Of a DNA stretch of 64,000 nucleotides, positions 20,043 to 29,260 are shown piece after piece; position 1 is the stretch's first letter, and each line of letters begins with the position of its first letter. The position numbers and the translations under genes are program-made. Source of the DNA: Candidatus Magasanikbacteria bacterium CG11_big_fil_rev_8_21_14_0_20_39_34 (GTDB lineage: Bacteria; Patescibacteriota; Patescibacteriia; Magasanikbacterales; UBA922); NCBI GenBank assembly GCA_002787355.1, contig PCWN01000001.1, forward strand, positions 13,838 to 77,837. The letters are read 5' to 3'. A model generated the notes under the pieces. It saw only the letters and a list, made by a program, of their open reading frames with translations, searched no databases and had not been told where the DNA came from.

Positions 20043-21425
20043 ATGGAAATACTTCTTATTACCTATGTCACTCTTTTTGCTTTGATTTGCTGGTATCGTC
20101 TAGAATACGGATTTTTTTTGTTTTTTCTTCTTCTCCCTACCTACCTTATTCGATTCCATTTGGGATTTCTTCCCATGACCCTCCTTGAGACAAAACTCTT
20201 CGTTCTCTCCCTCTTTGTTCTGCTCCAATGGAAAAAAATACATCCACAAAAAACCATAGTAATTCTTTGGAAAAGTCATAAAAATTTTGTAATTGCTACC
20301 GCTCTTTTTATCCTCTCTGCATCTCTTTCTCTTTTTCACAATGAACATCTCCGTTCTGCTGCAGGAGAATGGAAGGCATTTTACCTTGAGCCTATACTGT
20401 TTTCCTTCATATTCATATCCTATTTTTTCTCTTTAGAAAATAAAAAGTTACGTCTCATACAAAATGTTCTTATCCCCCTTATTCTTTCTGGTTTCGTCAC
20501 CACCCTACTTTGCATATATCAACATTTTACTGGTTGGATGGTTCCCTGGGACTTCTGGGAAAACCGAGCCACTTTTCGTGTTACGGGATGGTATGGCTTC
20601 CCAAATGCGGTTGGTCTCTATCTAGCCCCTCTCTATCCTCTTGGAATCTATATTTTTTATGAAGCATTCCAAATGTGGAAAAAACAAAATAAAATTTCCT
20701 TTACGTTCATTCTTTCTTTTCTTTTTTTACTCCTTTCTCCATTTGCGCTTTTTTTTGCAAAGGGTTCTGGACCCATTATTGGTGTACTTGCGGGTATTGT
20801 TTTTCTCCTCCTCAGTTTTCAACGGACTCGTATATACACCGTCTTGTTGGGGGGACTTTGCATTCTAGGATTTATTATCCTTCCGTCTACCAATGTCCTA
20901 AAACAAGAGATCCTTATGCAAAACAGATCCGGACAGATTCGCTTTCAGATGTGGGGAGAAACCATAGAATATCTCCTGCATCATCCCATTGCCGGTACAG
21001 GGCTTGCTTCTTATCAAACAAAACTCTGGCCCTACCGTTATGACAAATGGATAGAAATTTTTCACCACCCCCATAATATATTTTTAACCATGTGGGTAAA
21101 TTTAGGATTTTTGGGACTATTTACTTTTTTATGGATTCTGGTAGACTTTTTCTTCAGGGGAATATGTATGCTAAAAAACAGAAATACTTCTCAAGTATTT
21201 CTTCTCTCTATTTTTTCTACCTTAATAGTATTTCTTGTGTGCGGACTAGTAGACTCCCCTTATATAAAAAATGATTTATCGATACTTTTTTGGACCCTCC
21301 TTGCACTTCCTATTATCCTGACTCAGGATTCTCTCTATGCAAAAAAATGTTCTCCTCGTGGGTTGGAAGATAAAAAATCCAATCACACCAAGCGGGACGC
21401 CAAAAACACATCTCAAACAATATAA
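20043..21425 (+). CDS. O-antigen ligase/polymerase-like (Wzy_C) membrane protein
   Basis: about 11 TM helices with a large loop in the C-terminal half, typical of WaaL/Wzy family; no catalytic confirmation possible. Confidence 0.6.
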   Translation: MEILLITYVTLFALICWYRLEYGFFLFFLLLPTYLIRFHLGFLPMTLLETKLFVLSLFVLLQWKKIHPQKTIVILWKSHKNFVIATALFILSASLSLFHNEHLRSAAGEWKAFYLEPILFSFIFISYFFSLENKKLRLIQNVLIPLILSGFVTTLLCIYQHFTGWMVPWDFWENRATFRVTGWYGFPNAVGLYLAPLYPLGIYIFYEAFQMWKKQNKISFTFILSFLFLLLSPFALFFAKGSGPIIGVLAGIVFLLLSFQRTRIYTVLLGGLCILGFIILPSTNVLKQEILMQNRSGQIRFQMWGETIEYLLHHPIAGTGLASYQTKLWPYRYDKWIEIFHHPHNIFLTMWVNLGFLGLFTFLWILVDFFFRGICMLKNRNTSQVFLLSIFSTLIVFLVCGLVDSPYIKNDLSILFWTLLALPIILTQDSLYAKKCSPRGLEDKKSNHTKRDAKNTSQTI

Positions 21426-22563
21426 AAATGGAATTACTCTCCATAAATTAGCTTTTCCTCATAATACTCGGACCAATACCTTTTCTTTTAATATCCTTGA
21501 ATACGTTGACTTTGCAAGTACTTACATAGAAAAAAATTCTATTGATGGTATTATCTTCACCAGTGATTTGGGTTCTCTTATTGGGGCTATTTTATGTGAA
21601 AAATATAATTTTGTTGGGCCAAGTATTTTATCTGTTTTTTATGCCTACCATAAATACTTTACTCGTGTTCAAACTCATTCTACCATCCCCTACCAACTTT
21701 TTGATATTACCAAGAGTATCCCAGACAATTTAACCTTCCCCTGTTATATCAAAGCCCCCTGTTCTGCATTTGGTGTCCTTGGCTTTACGCTTAAAAACAG
21801 AAAGTCATTGGAGTGCATTCTTCCATTAGTCAAAAAAGAACTTCCCAAAATGAATGCCCCTCTTAAACAACTGTCACAAAAATATTTTCCCAAATCCATC
21901 ATAAATTTCCTGAAAAAAGACACCATGCTCATTGAAGGGTACCGGAATTCAAAACAAATCACCATCGAAGGTTTTGTGCATAATGGAAATATATATCCAC
22001 TATTTATTACTGATACAAATTTTTTGGGAAATACTCGCTGTATTGATAATTTTTCTTTGCCCAGTTCTGTCACCCCCAAACAAGAACACCTTATAAAAGA
22101 ACAAACTCAAAAGGATATATCTGCAATTGGACTCAATAATACCTTCTTCAATGTAGAATACTGGATCACAGATACAGACTGTGAACTTATAGAAATAAAT
22201 GCACGTACGGCTCACTGTTTTAAACGCCTTTACAAAAAAGTACATAACTTTGATGTAATGGATGAACTCATACACCTCAGTCTTGGTATAAAACCGAATA
22301 TTCCAAATATGAAACCAACGTGCCACGCCCTTCAAGGAAATATTATTATACAAAAAAATGGAAATTCCTCAGACCTTTTTGATTACACACAAAAATCACC
22401 AAGCAATGTACGTTTTTTTATATTACCAGATTCCCCCATTCGCTCTCTGAGTGAATTCAAAAGTATTCTTGGACAGTTTGAATTATTTGGAAAGGATTAT
22501 GAGAGCATTAAAAAAATTGCAGATGAATACCGAAACCGCTCCATAAAAAAAGAAACCCGTTAA
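21337..22563 (+). CDS. ATP-grasp domain protein
   Basis: C-terminal LIEINARTAHC (E-x-N-x-R ATP-grasp Mg site) and pre-ATP-grasp N-domain; 88-bp overlap with upstream ORF suggests a later start or translational coupling. Confidence 0.55.
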   Translation: MQKNVLLVGWKIKNPITPSGTPKTHLKQYKNGITLHKLAFPHNTRTNTFSFNILEYVDFASTYIEKNSIDGIIFTSDLGSLIGAILCEKYNFVGPSILSVFYAYHKYFTRVQTHSTIPYQLFDITKSIPDNLTFPCYIKAPCSAFGVLGFTLKNRKSLECILPLVKKELPKMNAPLKQLSQKYFPKSIINFLKKDTMLIEGYRNSKQITIEGFVHNGNIYPLFITDTNFLGNTRCIDNFSLPSSVTPKQEHLIKEQTQKDISAIGLNNTFFNVEYWITDTDCELIEINARTAHCFKRLYKKVHNFDVMDELIHLSLGIKPNIPNMKPTCHALQGNIIIQKNGNSSDLFDYTQKSPSNVRFFILPDSPIRSLSEFKSILGQFELFGKDYESIKKIADEYRNRSIKKETR

Positions 22564-22601
22564 GGGTTTTTTGAGGCAGTGATGGGAAAACCGCCTCGCG
22601 A

Positions 22602-23204
22602 CTAGAGGAGAGCAAGCTGCACAAGCCTGTCATAGAGGGTCGAAAGCGATTCCGTAACCCAGATTCGCTGTTCAAAATCGTACCAGGAGTAGTCCGGAAG
22701 ACTCAGCAAGTCTGCCCGTTCTCCCAGACCTCGTAAATTCTCACGAAGTTCGGGAAGGACAACAATGCCTATCCTTCCAAGATACTCTATGGTTTTGAGC
22801 AGGTTGAAAAATCCAATCCCAGTTTGGTCGTTCCTGTCTGCAAGGTAGCAGATACCTAGACAGGCACCCAACCAGTCGGTCAATCGACCGACATACTCGA
22901 GCCCTTTTTTAGGCTCAGAGTCTTCAGGGAGGGTATCGAGAACCGCTTCCAAGAAGTACTGGAATGGTTCACGAGAAGGAAGTACTTGATCAACCAGTTC
23001 GGGATCCGGGAAGAGGATTCCTTCCGGATGAAACCAAGAGAGAACGAGGAGAAGATCATTCATGGTTGGTTGCTCTATGTACAACCAAGTACGAAGCGTG
23101 TCCGCACGAAGCTGCCGAAGAGCTCGAACCGACCTTTCCCAGGCCTCAGGGTTTCGTAGAACTGCGGCTAAAGAGCCGGTGCGCTGAGTCATAGCGGCCC
23201 CCAA
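22602..23204 (-). CDS. hypothetical 200-aa protein in a high-G+C islet
   Basis: non-repetitive, protein-like ORF; G+C visibly far higher than flanks; own terminator/promoter space on both sides. Confidence 0.45.
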   Translation of the reverse strand: MGAAMTQRTGSLAAVLRNPEAWERSVRALRQLRADTLRTWLYIEQPTMNDLLLVLSWFHPEGILFPDPELVDQVLPSREPFQYFLEAVLDTLPEDSEPKKGLEYVGRLTDWLGACLGICYLADRNDQTGIGFFNLLKTIEYLGRIGIVVLPELRENLRGLGERADLLSLPDYSWYDFEQRIWVTESLSTLYDRLVQLALL

Positions 23205-23261
23205 TCGAAGTTTTTCCCTTCTTCATTTATATCATCCAAAGAAAGAAACGTCAAAATTTGA

Positions 23262-23297
23262 AAAAATAAAAAGATTCACTTTCGTGAATCTTTTTTA
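23262..23297. terminator. bidirectional rho-independent terminator
   Basis: GATTCAC-TTTC-GTGAATC hairpin with flanking A/T runs, downstream of rlmD (-). Confidence 0.5.
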
Positions 23298-23298
23298 A

Positions 23299-24600
23299 TT
23301 ATTTTTTTTGTAAAATGGCTATCGCCTCCACATGAGGAGTACGTGGGAAAAAGTTATATAGTTTTAATGACGTTACACTATATATTGACTGCAAAAGCGC
23401 AATATCACGTGCGTGCGTGGATAAATTACACGACATATAGATAATCGTTTCCGGTTGTTCCTCCAAAAGTTTTGCAATCACATCGACATGAAGACCCGCA
23501 CGAGGTGGGTCAAAAATAATTTGTTTTCTTTTCTCTATCAGTTCTGTTATTTTTTCTGCTGGAATACATTCCGCCTCAATATTTTGAAGTTTATTTGAAA
23601 GAATATTCTCTTGTGCATATTCAATTGCTTCTGTATTGTTATCCACCAGATATGCGCTTGTATAGTGCCCCGACAAAGCAAGTCCAATGGCACCAACACC
23701 ACTATAAAAATCTATAAGTGGTTTTGTCTCATCCAAATACGTTTCCATCTCAGAAAGAGCAAGAGAAAAAATAGGAATATTTACCTGAAAAAAGCTGAGT
23801 AACCCAAATTTCAACCCAACCCCATTGAGTGTAGTTACCAAATAGTCCTGCCCCGAGGTATAAAGAAGTTTTGTGGGAACAGATGCCGGACTTTTATGAG
23901 TTGAATAATACAGTTGAAAGCCTAAGAAATTTTTATCGAGTTCAGGATAGTCCTCAAAAGACAGGATATCCTTTATAAAAAGTGCTGCAATGGCATGACC
24001 TTCTCCATCAGAACGTATTATGAGACTCTTCAAATTGTACGTGGTCATTCCCGTTGTATGCACCCACTGTAAAATATTTTGTGCTATGGTATTTATTATA
24101 GGTTCTGCCAAAAGCGATCCTTCCACGGCTATCTTTTTATTTCTTCCTCTTTCAAAAAAAGCTAATTGAATCTTTCCTTCTTCATCTTCTACAAAACTAA
24201 ATTCCATTTTATTGCGATACCCAAATTCTTCTTCATTATAAATAATAGGAAGTGGTGATTCAAAATGAAGTCCACCGGTTCTTTCATATATTTCTTGTGC
24301 CAACTGTTGTTTGTACGCATTTTCAGACTCAAATGTACAAATTTGCCAGGGACTGGTAGAGAGAAATACTGATTCCTTCTCTTTTATTCTGTCGGGAGAT
24401 GCTTCCAAAATATGTATTGCCACTCCTTCCCAATAATCCTTTTTCTTTTTTAAAATTTCCACCTCAACGCGTTCTCCAGGAAGCGCATTCCACACAAAAA
24501 GTACCGGCCCGTTTTCTATACGAGCCAACCCCTGTCCTCCAAAAACAAATTTTTCAATGGTAACCGTTACTTTTCCTTGCATATACGCACATACTAACAT
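23299..24600 (-). CDS. rlmD: 23S rRNA (uracil-5-)-methyltransferase RlmD/RumA family (TRAM + SAM MTase)
   Basis: N-terminal TRAM (FGGQGLARIENGPVLFVWNALPGERVEVEI), SAM motif DFYSGVGAIGLALS, C-terminal MTase core. Confidence 0.85.
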   Translation of the reverse strand: MLVCAYMQGKVTVTIEKFVFGGQGLARIENGPVLFVWNALPGERVEVEILKKKKDYWEGVAIHILEASPDRIKEKESVFLSTSPWQICTFESENAYKQQLAQEIYERTGGLHFESPLPIIYNEEEFGYRNKMEFSFVEDEEGKIQLAFFERGRNKKIAVEGSLLAEPIINTIAQNILQWVHTTGMTTYNLKSLIIRSDGEGHAIAALFIKDILSFEDYPELDKNFLGFQLYYSTHKSPASVPTKLLYTSGQDYLVTTLNGVGLKFGLLSFFQVNIPIFSLALSEMETYLDETKPLIDFYSGVGAIGLALSGHYTSAYLVDNNTEAIEYAQENILSNKLQNIEAECIPAEKITELIEKRKQIIFDPPRAGLHVDVIAKLLEEQPETIIYMSCNLSTHARDIALLQSIYSVTSLKLYNFFPRTPHVEAIAILQKK

Positions 24601-24650
24601 AAAAATTCAACTCACCAAAGGGATTTTTTTGTAGCGCCGGTGGGAGAGCG

Positions 24651-24890
24651 CTACGGGATGGGGTTGGGGAGGGTGATGCCGAGCTGCCGAAGCAGATCTT
24701 CGAGGAGGTTCATGATGCCGCGGCCGTAACCGCGCCATCCGGAGAGCAGATCCAGGACCGCCCGGATCTGCTCCCCCCGCTCAGGGAAGAGCTGGAGTGT
24801 CTGCTGGTCCAGCTCCTTCCCATCGCGCGAGAGATCCACGAACACGAAGTCTCCTGGGTTCCCCCGGGAGACATTCACAAAAAAGGCCAT
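24651..24890 (-). CDS. hypothetical 79-aa protein in a very high-G+C islet
   Basis: ORF MAFFVNVSRGNPGDFVFVDL...; islet G+C looks >55 percent vs about one third in flanks. Confidence 0.35.
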   Translation of the reverse strand: MAFFVNVSRGNPGDFVFVDLSRDGKELDQQTLQLFPERGEQIRAVLDLLSGWRGYGRGIMNLLEDLLRQLGITLPNPIP

Positions 24891-24996
24891 GCTGCCACCC
24901 CCGTCTGGTTGGTGATTGTAACCTAAGCTATATTTTACCTTTTGTCAAGGAGAAAAACAAAAAAACACCGTCCAAACAGTGTTTTTTTGAAAAAAG

Positions 24997-25644
24997 TTAT
25001 TTTGTAAAATTTTTCTGAAGCAGGGCCTGTGAAATTGGATCCTCAAGGCTCTTTTTTTTGTGGGCCGGACTATATTCACGGCCATAGGCAATCATCCGGT
25101 TGGTAAAAAGAAACCATTCTTTTTTGGGAAGAATGTGCATTAAATCTTTTTCAATTTTTTCTCTATCTTTGTGATCGCTTAAAGAAAATTTTTCACTCAA
25201 CCGCGCAACATGCGTATCCACGGCAATCCCCTCCACCACGCCATAGATGTTACCAAGTACAACATTGGCAGTCTTTCTCCCCACCCCCGGTAAAAGAATC
25301 ATCTTTTCCATGGTATTTGGTATTTTTCCGTGAAACTGTTCTTGTATCATTTTTGCACATGCAAGAATATTTTTTGCTTTGCTTTTATACAGACCAATTT
25401 GGTTTATATCTTTCTCAAAGTTTTCTAACTTTGCATTCACATAGTCTTCTCTTTTTTTGTATTTTTGAAAAAGCTTCTCTGTTACCTCGTTTACCTTTTT
25501 ATCAGTACACTGAGCAGAAAGAATAACAGCCACAAGAAATTCAAAATCATTGTTTGAATGTAAAAAAGGTTGTAGTGTTGGATACAACCTTTTTAATTCT
25601 TTCAAAACCACTCGCGCACGTTTCTTTCTTAATTCCAAATTCAT
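24997..25644 (-). CDS. nth: endonuclease III-like HhH-GPD DNA glycosylase (no C-terminal 4Cys cluster)
   Basis: FEFLVAVILSAQCTDKKVN, LPGVGRKTANVVL HhH-GPD motif with catalytic Lys/Asp; ends without Cys cluster; start at MNLELRKK. Confidence 0.85.
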   Translation of the reverse strand: MNLELRKKRARVVLKELKRLYPTLQPFLHSNNDFEFLVAVILSAQCTDKKVNEVTEKLFQKYKKREDYVNAKLENFEKDINQIGLYKSKAKNILACAKMIQEQFHGKIPNTMEKMILLPGVGRKTANVVLGNIYGVVEGIAVDTHVARLSEKFSLSDHKDREKIEKDLMHILPKKEWFLFTNRMIAYGREYSPAHKKKSLEDPISQALLQKNFTK

Positions 25645-25645
25645 T

Positions 25646-27481
25646 TTATTTTTTTGAAAAGTAAAGATCAAAACCAACATTGGTAATAGGTCCTCGCTGT
25701 TTTTCTGAGCTCCAGTCTATGTAGTTAAACTGTGCTCCAACTTTTACACTCTCATTTTCTGCCTCCAAATACATCTTTTCCTGTGGGATCTCTGGTTGAT
25801 ACTGGTTGAAACTACGACTCAATGAATCAATGAGATCGCCAACCAACAACTCAACCGCTTGTTCTCCTTCAAAATTTACCATTATTCTACCTGCCACCAA
25901 CTGAATATCAATCTCCTTTTCTTCAAAGGAGAATGTTTGTTTGTTTAAATTTCTCATATCTGAATTGAGACCAATATTTTTTATCACGTATTCAAATGGA
26001 TGATTTTTTGTAACCTCAGAATTCTTTGCCTGAAAAAATCTTTGAGAACTCCCCTCTGCCATACGTGGATAAACCTCCTGAATATTTAAAATTTTTAAGA
26101 CGTGGTTGTATATATCATAACGATGCATACCGCCTTCTGAGGTCTTATAAATATCTTCTGTAAACCAACCATCAATCTTATTTGAACCATCATGATCTAT
26201 GATATATCGAAATTTAGACTGAACACTTTGTACATATTCATAGTCATAAGTATGATCTTTAGGAAAAGAAATGACCTTTCCCCCCACAAAAAGATTTTCT
26301 TGCTCCAAAAGATGCTCCAGCCTTCCTATCTGTGACTGCATGGATACAGAAAACATGCCCCAAGGACCCCACATGGTAAAGAAAAGAAAAAGTGCCAGGC
26401 TCATAGGAACCATTTTCAACTCTTTTCCCTTAGAAAAAAGGTAGTAAAAAGATACAAACAATAACCAAACACCTAGTTCTACTACCAAATAGCGTTGTTC
26501 GGTCCAACCATAATAATAAATACGTATGCCAATAGCCATGAACAAAACAATAGCCAAAGGTATCGTGAGGATAAATAAAGCCCGAAAGAATTTTTTAAGC
26601 CACTGAAATTTTTCTTGAAGCTGAAGCGGATACCCCAGAACAAAAGTAAGTATGGCGGCTCCACAATATCCAATTACCCAATAACCCGTTCCACCAAGCG
26701 GCCAATTCCAAGTAAATACAATCTTTCCCAGATAAATATAGAGGATAATAAAGAAAAAAGTTAATAGTGGAACTAAAATAAATTGCGTAAGAACACGAAA
26801 AAGTGCTGGATAATCTTGTTCTCTTTCAAAAACTTTTACATCTTTGGGGAACCCTGAAAGAAAATACCAGGTTGCAAAGATGCCGGCAATAAGAACAAAT
26901 ACACGCCCATAGCTTTCTCCTTGTATATCTATCCCAAATAAATAATCAATAGACCACAATGCGGCAAATACTCCCAACAAAAGGATAAGAGAAAACAATA
27001 CGGTTACACAGATACGCAAAAAAAGATGGTACACATAGTGCCAGTGAGCACTACCATTTTTTTGATCCCAAAATGGAGCTATGAAAATAAAAAGATAGGT
27101 AATAATATTAAAAAAGAAAAAACGTTTTACATGAATTTCGGAAAAATCATTTGGATTCCCTGGAAGCAAAAAATAATACAATACAATAAGCAAGATAGAT
27201 ATTCCATGCAAAAGCCCCCATAAATATTTTTGCTTTTGATATTTCTCTGCAATCAATGTAGCAAGCAAAAAAAGTGGCACCGCCAAGGCACACATCATAA
27301 GTGTCTTCTCTTGCACCGCAAGGTCAAGTCCGGAAACACGGTCCACGCTTACCAAATAAAGACCTAAAGCCGTTCCCAAAAGAGTCGTAACTACCACTAC
27401 GGGAAACCGTCGCATCATTATAGAAACGGAATCAATCACCTGCTGAATTGAAAATTTTTGCATTTTTTGAAGGAAGGACAT
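25646..27481 (-). CDS. polytopic membrane protein with C-terminal soluble domain (unknown function)
   Basis: about 12 TM helices over first 380 aa then about 230-aa hydrophilic domain; no catalytic motif recognised. Confidence 0.5.
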   Translation of the reverse strand: MSFLQKMQKFSIQQVIDSVSIMMRRFPVVVVTTLLGTALGLYLVSVDRVSGLDLAVQEKTLMMCALAVPLFLLATLIAEKYQKQKYLWGLLHGISILLIVLYYFLLPGNPNDFSEIHVKRFFFFNIITYLFIFIAPFWDQKNGSAHWHYVYHLFLRICVTVLFSLILLLGVFAALWSIDYLFGIDIQGESYGRVFVLIAGIFATWYFLSGFPKDVKVFEREQDYPALFRVLTQFILVPLLTFFFIILYIYLGKIVFTWNWPLGGTGYWVIGYCGAAILTFVLGYPLQLQEKFQWLKKFFRALFILTIPLAIVLFMAIGIRIYYYGWTEQRYLVVELGVWLLFVSFYYLFSKGKELKMVPMSLALFLFFTMWGPWGMFSVSMQSQIGRLEHLLEQENLFVGGKVISFPKDHTYDYEYVQSVQSKFRYIIDHDGSNKIDGWFTEDIYKTSEGGMHRYDIYNHVLKILNIQEVYPRMAEGSSQRFFQAKNSEVTKNHPFEYVIKNIGLNSDMRNLNKQTFSFEEKEIDIQLVAGRIMVNFEGEQAVELLVGDLIDSLSRSFNQYQPEIPQEKMYLEAENESVKVGAQFNYIDWSSEKQRGPITNVGFDLYFSKK

Positions 27482-27546
27482 AAGACAAAAAATTAAAGGG
27501 ATTCTAAACGAATACTCTTTATTTAGTATAGCACCAAACCAAATAT

Positions 27547-28272
27547 GTGCAACAGCAAATCTACTTGCTTTTTTTTGGAATCACCATTACTATATTTGCA
27601 TCTATGGGAAAAAAACGTGATAAAACTTCTCGATATTCAGCCCTCCACCACATGGAGAATGTTTTTGACTATAAATACAGTGCATCTCTCCCTCAAAAAG
27701 GAAACTGGTTCTCTTTATTTGGAAATAATAACCCAATTGTGTTAGAACTTGCATGCGGAAAAGGAGATTATACCCTAAAGTTAGCAAAAAAATATCCAGA
27801 AAAAAACTTTATCGCTATGGATATTAAAGGGGCACGGATATACATTGGGGCAAAAGAAGCACAGCAAAGGGGTCTAAAAAATGTCTTTTTTCTGCGTGCA
27901 TATATAGACCACCTCGAGGAATATTTTCACCATGGAGAAATTCATGAAATTTGGATCCCCTTCCCCGATCCTCATCCTACAGAAAAAGGACAAAAAAAAC
28001 GACTGACCAGTCTTAAATTTTTAAATCAATACAAACGGGTCTTGAGACCAAAAGGAATAGTCAATCTCAAAACGGATTCAGAACTTCTTTTTGACTATAC
28101 GCTTGAAATGCTTGATCAAGAACATATCACCCCAAAACAGATTTTGTTTAATATGGATCTCAATAGTGCTCTTGATTCCGAACAAGAAGAACTTCTTGCC
28201 ATACAAACGTATTACGAAAAACAACATAGACTTCAAAAGAAAAAAATTCATTTTCTTTCTTTCTCTTTCTGA
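27547..28272 (+). CDS. trmB: tRNA (guanine46-N7)-methyltransferase
   Basis: VLELACGKGDYTLKLA SAM motif, IWIPFPDPHP block (E. coli TrmB FFPDPWHK equivalent); true start may be MGKKRDK at 27604. Confidence 0.85.
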   Translation: MQQQIYLLFFGITITIFASMGKKRDKTSRYSALHHMENVFDYKYSASLPQKGNWFSLFGNNNPIVLELACGKGDYTLKLAKKYPEKNFIAMDIKGARIYIGAKEAQQRGLKNVFFLRAYIDHLEEYFHHGEIHEIWIPFPDPHPTEKGQKKRLTSLKFLNQYKRVLRPKGIVNLKTDSELLFDYTLEMLDQEHITPKQILFNMDLNSALDSEQEELLAIQTYYEKQHRLQKKKIHFLSFSF

Positions 28273-28282
28273 TTCATTTTTT

Positions 28283-28867
28283 ATGTACGAAATAGAAACA
28301 AAATTTGCTTATACTTTAGAAACAAAAAATAATCTTACTAAAAATGCAAGCTTTGTAAAAAAAGAATCTTTTACTGATACGTACTTTGACACAAAAGATT
28401 GGAATCTCATATCAACAGATATATGGTTGAGAAAACGTGACCATGTTTGGGAAATAAAAATTCCTCAGCATGATCACTCCAACATTAATGCACGAATTTC
28501 TGACAACTACAAAGAAGTTGTGGGCGAAGAAAATATTCTTCAAGAACTTAAGCTTTCTAAAAAACTTGAAACTCAGTTTGAACCCAAAATAATGTTTACC
28601 ACGACAAGAGAAACCTACTCTCTACCACCTTTCACATTAGTTTTTGATGAAACGGACTTTGGGCATCAGATTGGTGAGGTAGAGATTCTTGTGAAAGATA
28701 TCTCTCTAACCAAGCAAGCGGAGGAACAAATTGAAGCATTTTGTAAAACACATGGTCTTGTTCCACATTCTGCCATGGGGAAATGTGTCGTCTATATGAA
28801 AACACATTATCCAAAAGAACTCAGCAAATTTATAAAAATGGGAATTATTCGCTCATACAACATATAA
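28283..28867 (+). CDS. CYTH-domain (triphosphate tunnel metalloenzyme) protein
   Basis: N-terminal MYEIETKF (ExExK signature) and later WLRKRD, EIKI, glutamate-rich beta-strands; start set at MYEIETKF rather than the out-of-context upstream Met. Confidence 0.7.
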   Translation: MYEIETKFAYTLETKNNLTKNASFVKKESFTDTYFDTKDWNLISTDIWLRKRDHVWEIKIPQHDHSNINARISDNYKEVVGEENILQELKLSKKLETQFEPKIMFTTTRETYSLPPFTLVFDETDFGHQIGEVEILVKDISLTKQAEEQIEAFCKTHGLVPHSAMGKCVVYMKTHYPKELSKFIKMGIIRSYNI

Positions 28868-28897
28868 AAAACAGGTCAATGGACCTGTTTTTTATTA
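28866..28897. terminator. bidirectional rho-independent terminator
   Basis: ACAGGTC-AATG-GACCTGT hairpin followed by TTTTTTATT, between convergent CYTH (+) and MazG-like (-) genes. Confidence 0.45.
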
Positions 28898-29254
28898 TGT
28901 TTTATCACCACTCCACAAAAGAAAAATCTTCTTTTTAAATCCCCCCTTTTTTTCAAACCGGACTTTTCTTCTCTGTTCAAGAGCGGTGTCTTCTATATCA
29001 AATTCCTCTTGTATAGCTCGTAAAACCTCCACAACATCTGCAAGCTCATTGAGAATATCTTCTGATTCAGACGCTTGTAAAAACTCCTCTGCTTCTTCTA
29101 CAAGCTTTCGCTTGAGCTCTAACCTATAGTCATCTTTTTGCAAAGTTTCTATTTCATATGCAACCTGTTTTTCATTCATATTCTCTGGGACACGATCCCT
29201 TATAAGTTTTCGGTAATATTTTTTCATACTTTCAAGTAGTAAATCGGAAGCCAA
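28895..29254 (-). CDS. MazG/HisE-like all-alpha NTP pyrophosphohydrolase
   Basis: KLIRDRVPE motif and EExxE/ELADV metal-binding helices typical of MazG-like NTP-PPases. Confidence 0.5.
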   Translation of the reverse strand: MASDLLLESMKKYYRKLIRDRVPENMNEKQVAYEIETLQKDDYRLELKRKLVEEAEEFLQASESEDILNELADVVEVLRAIQEEFDIEDTALEQRRKVRFEKKGGFKKKIFLLWSGDKT

Positions 29255-29260
29255 AAAGAA

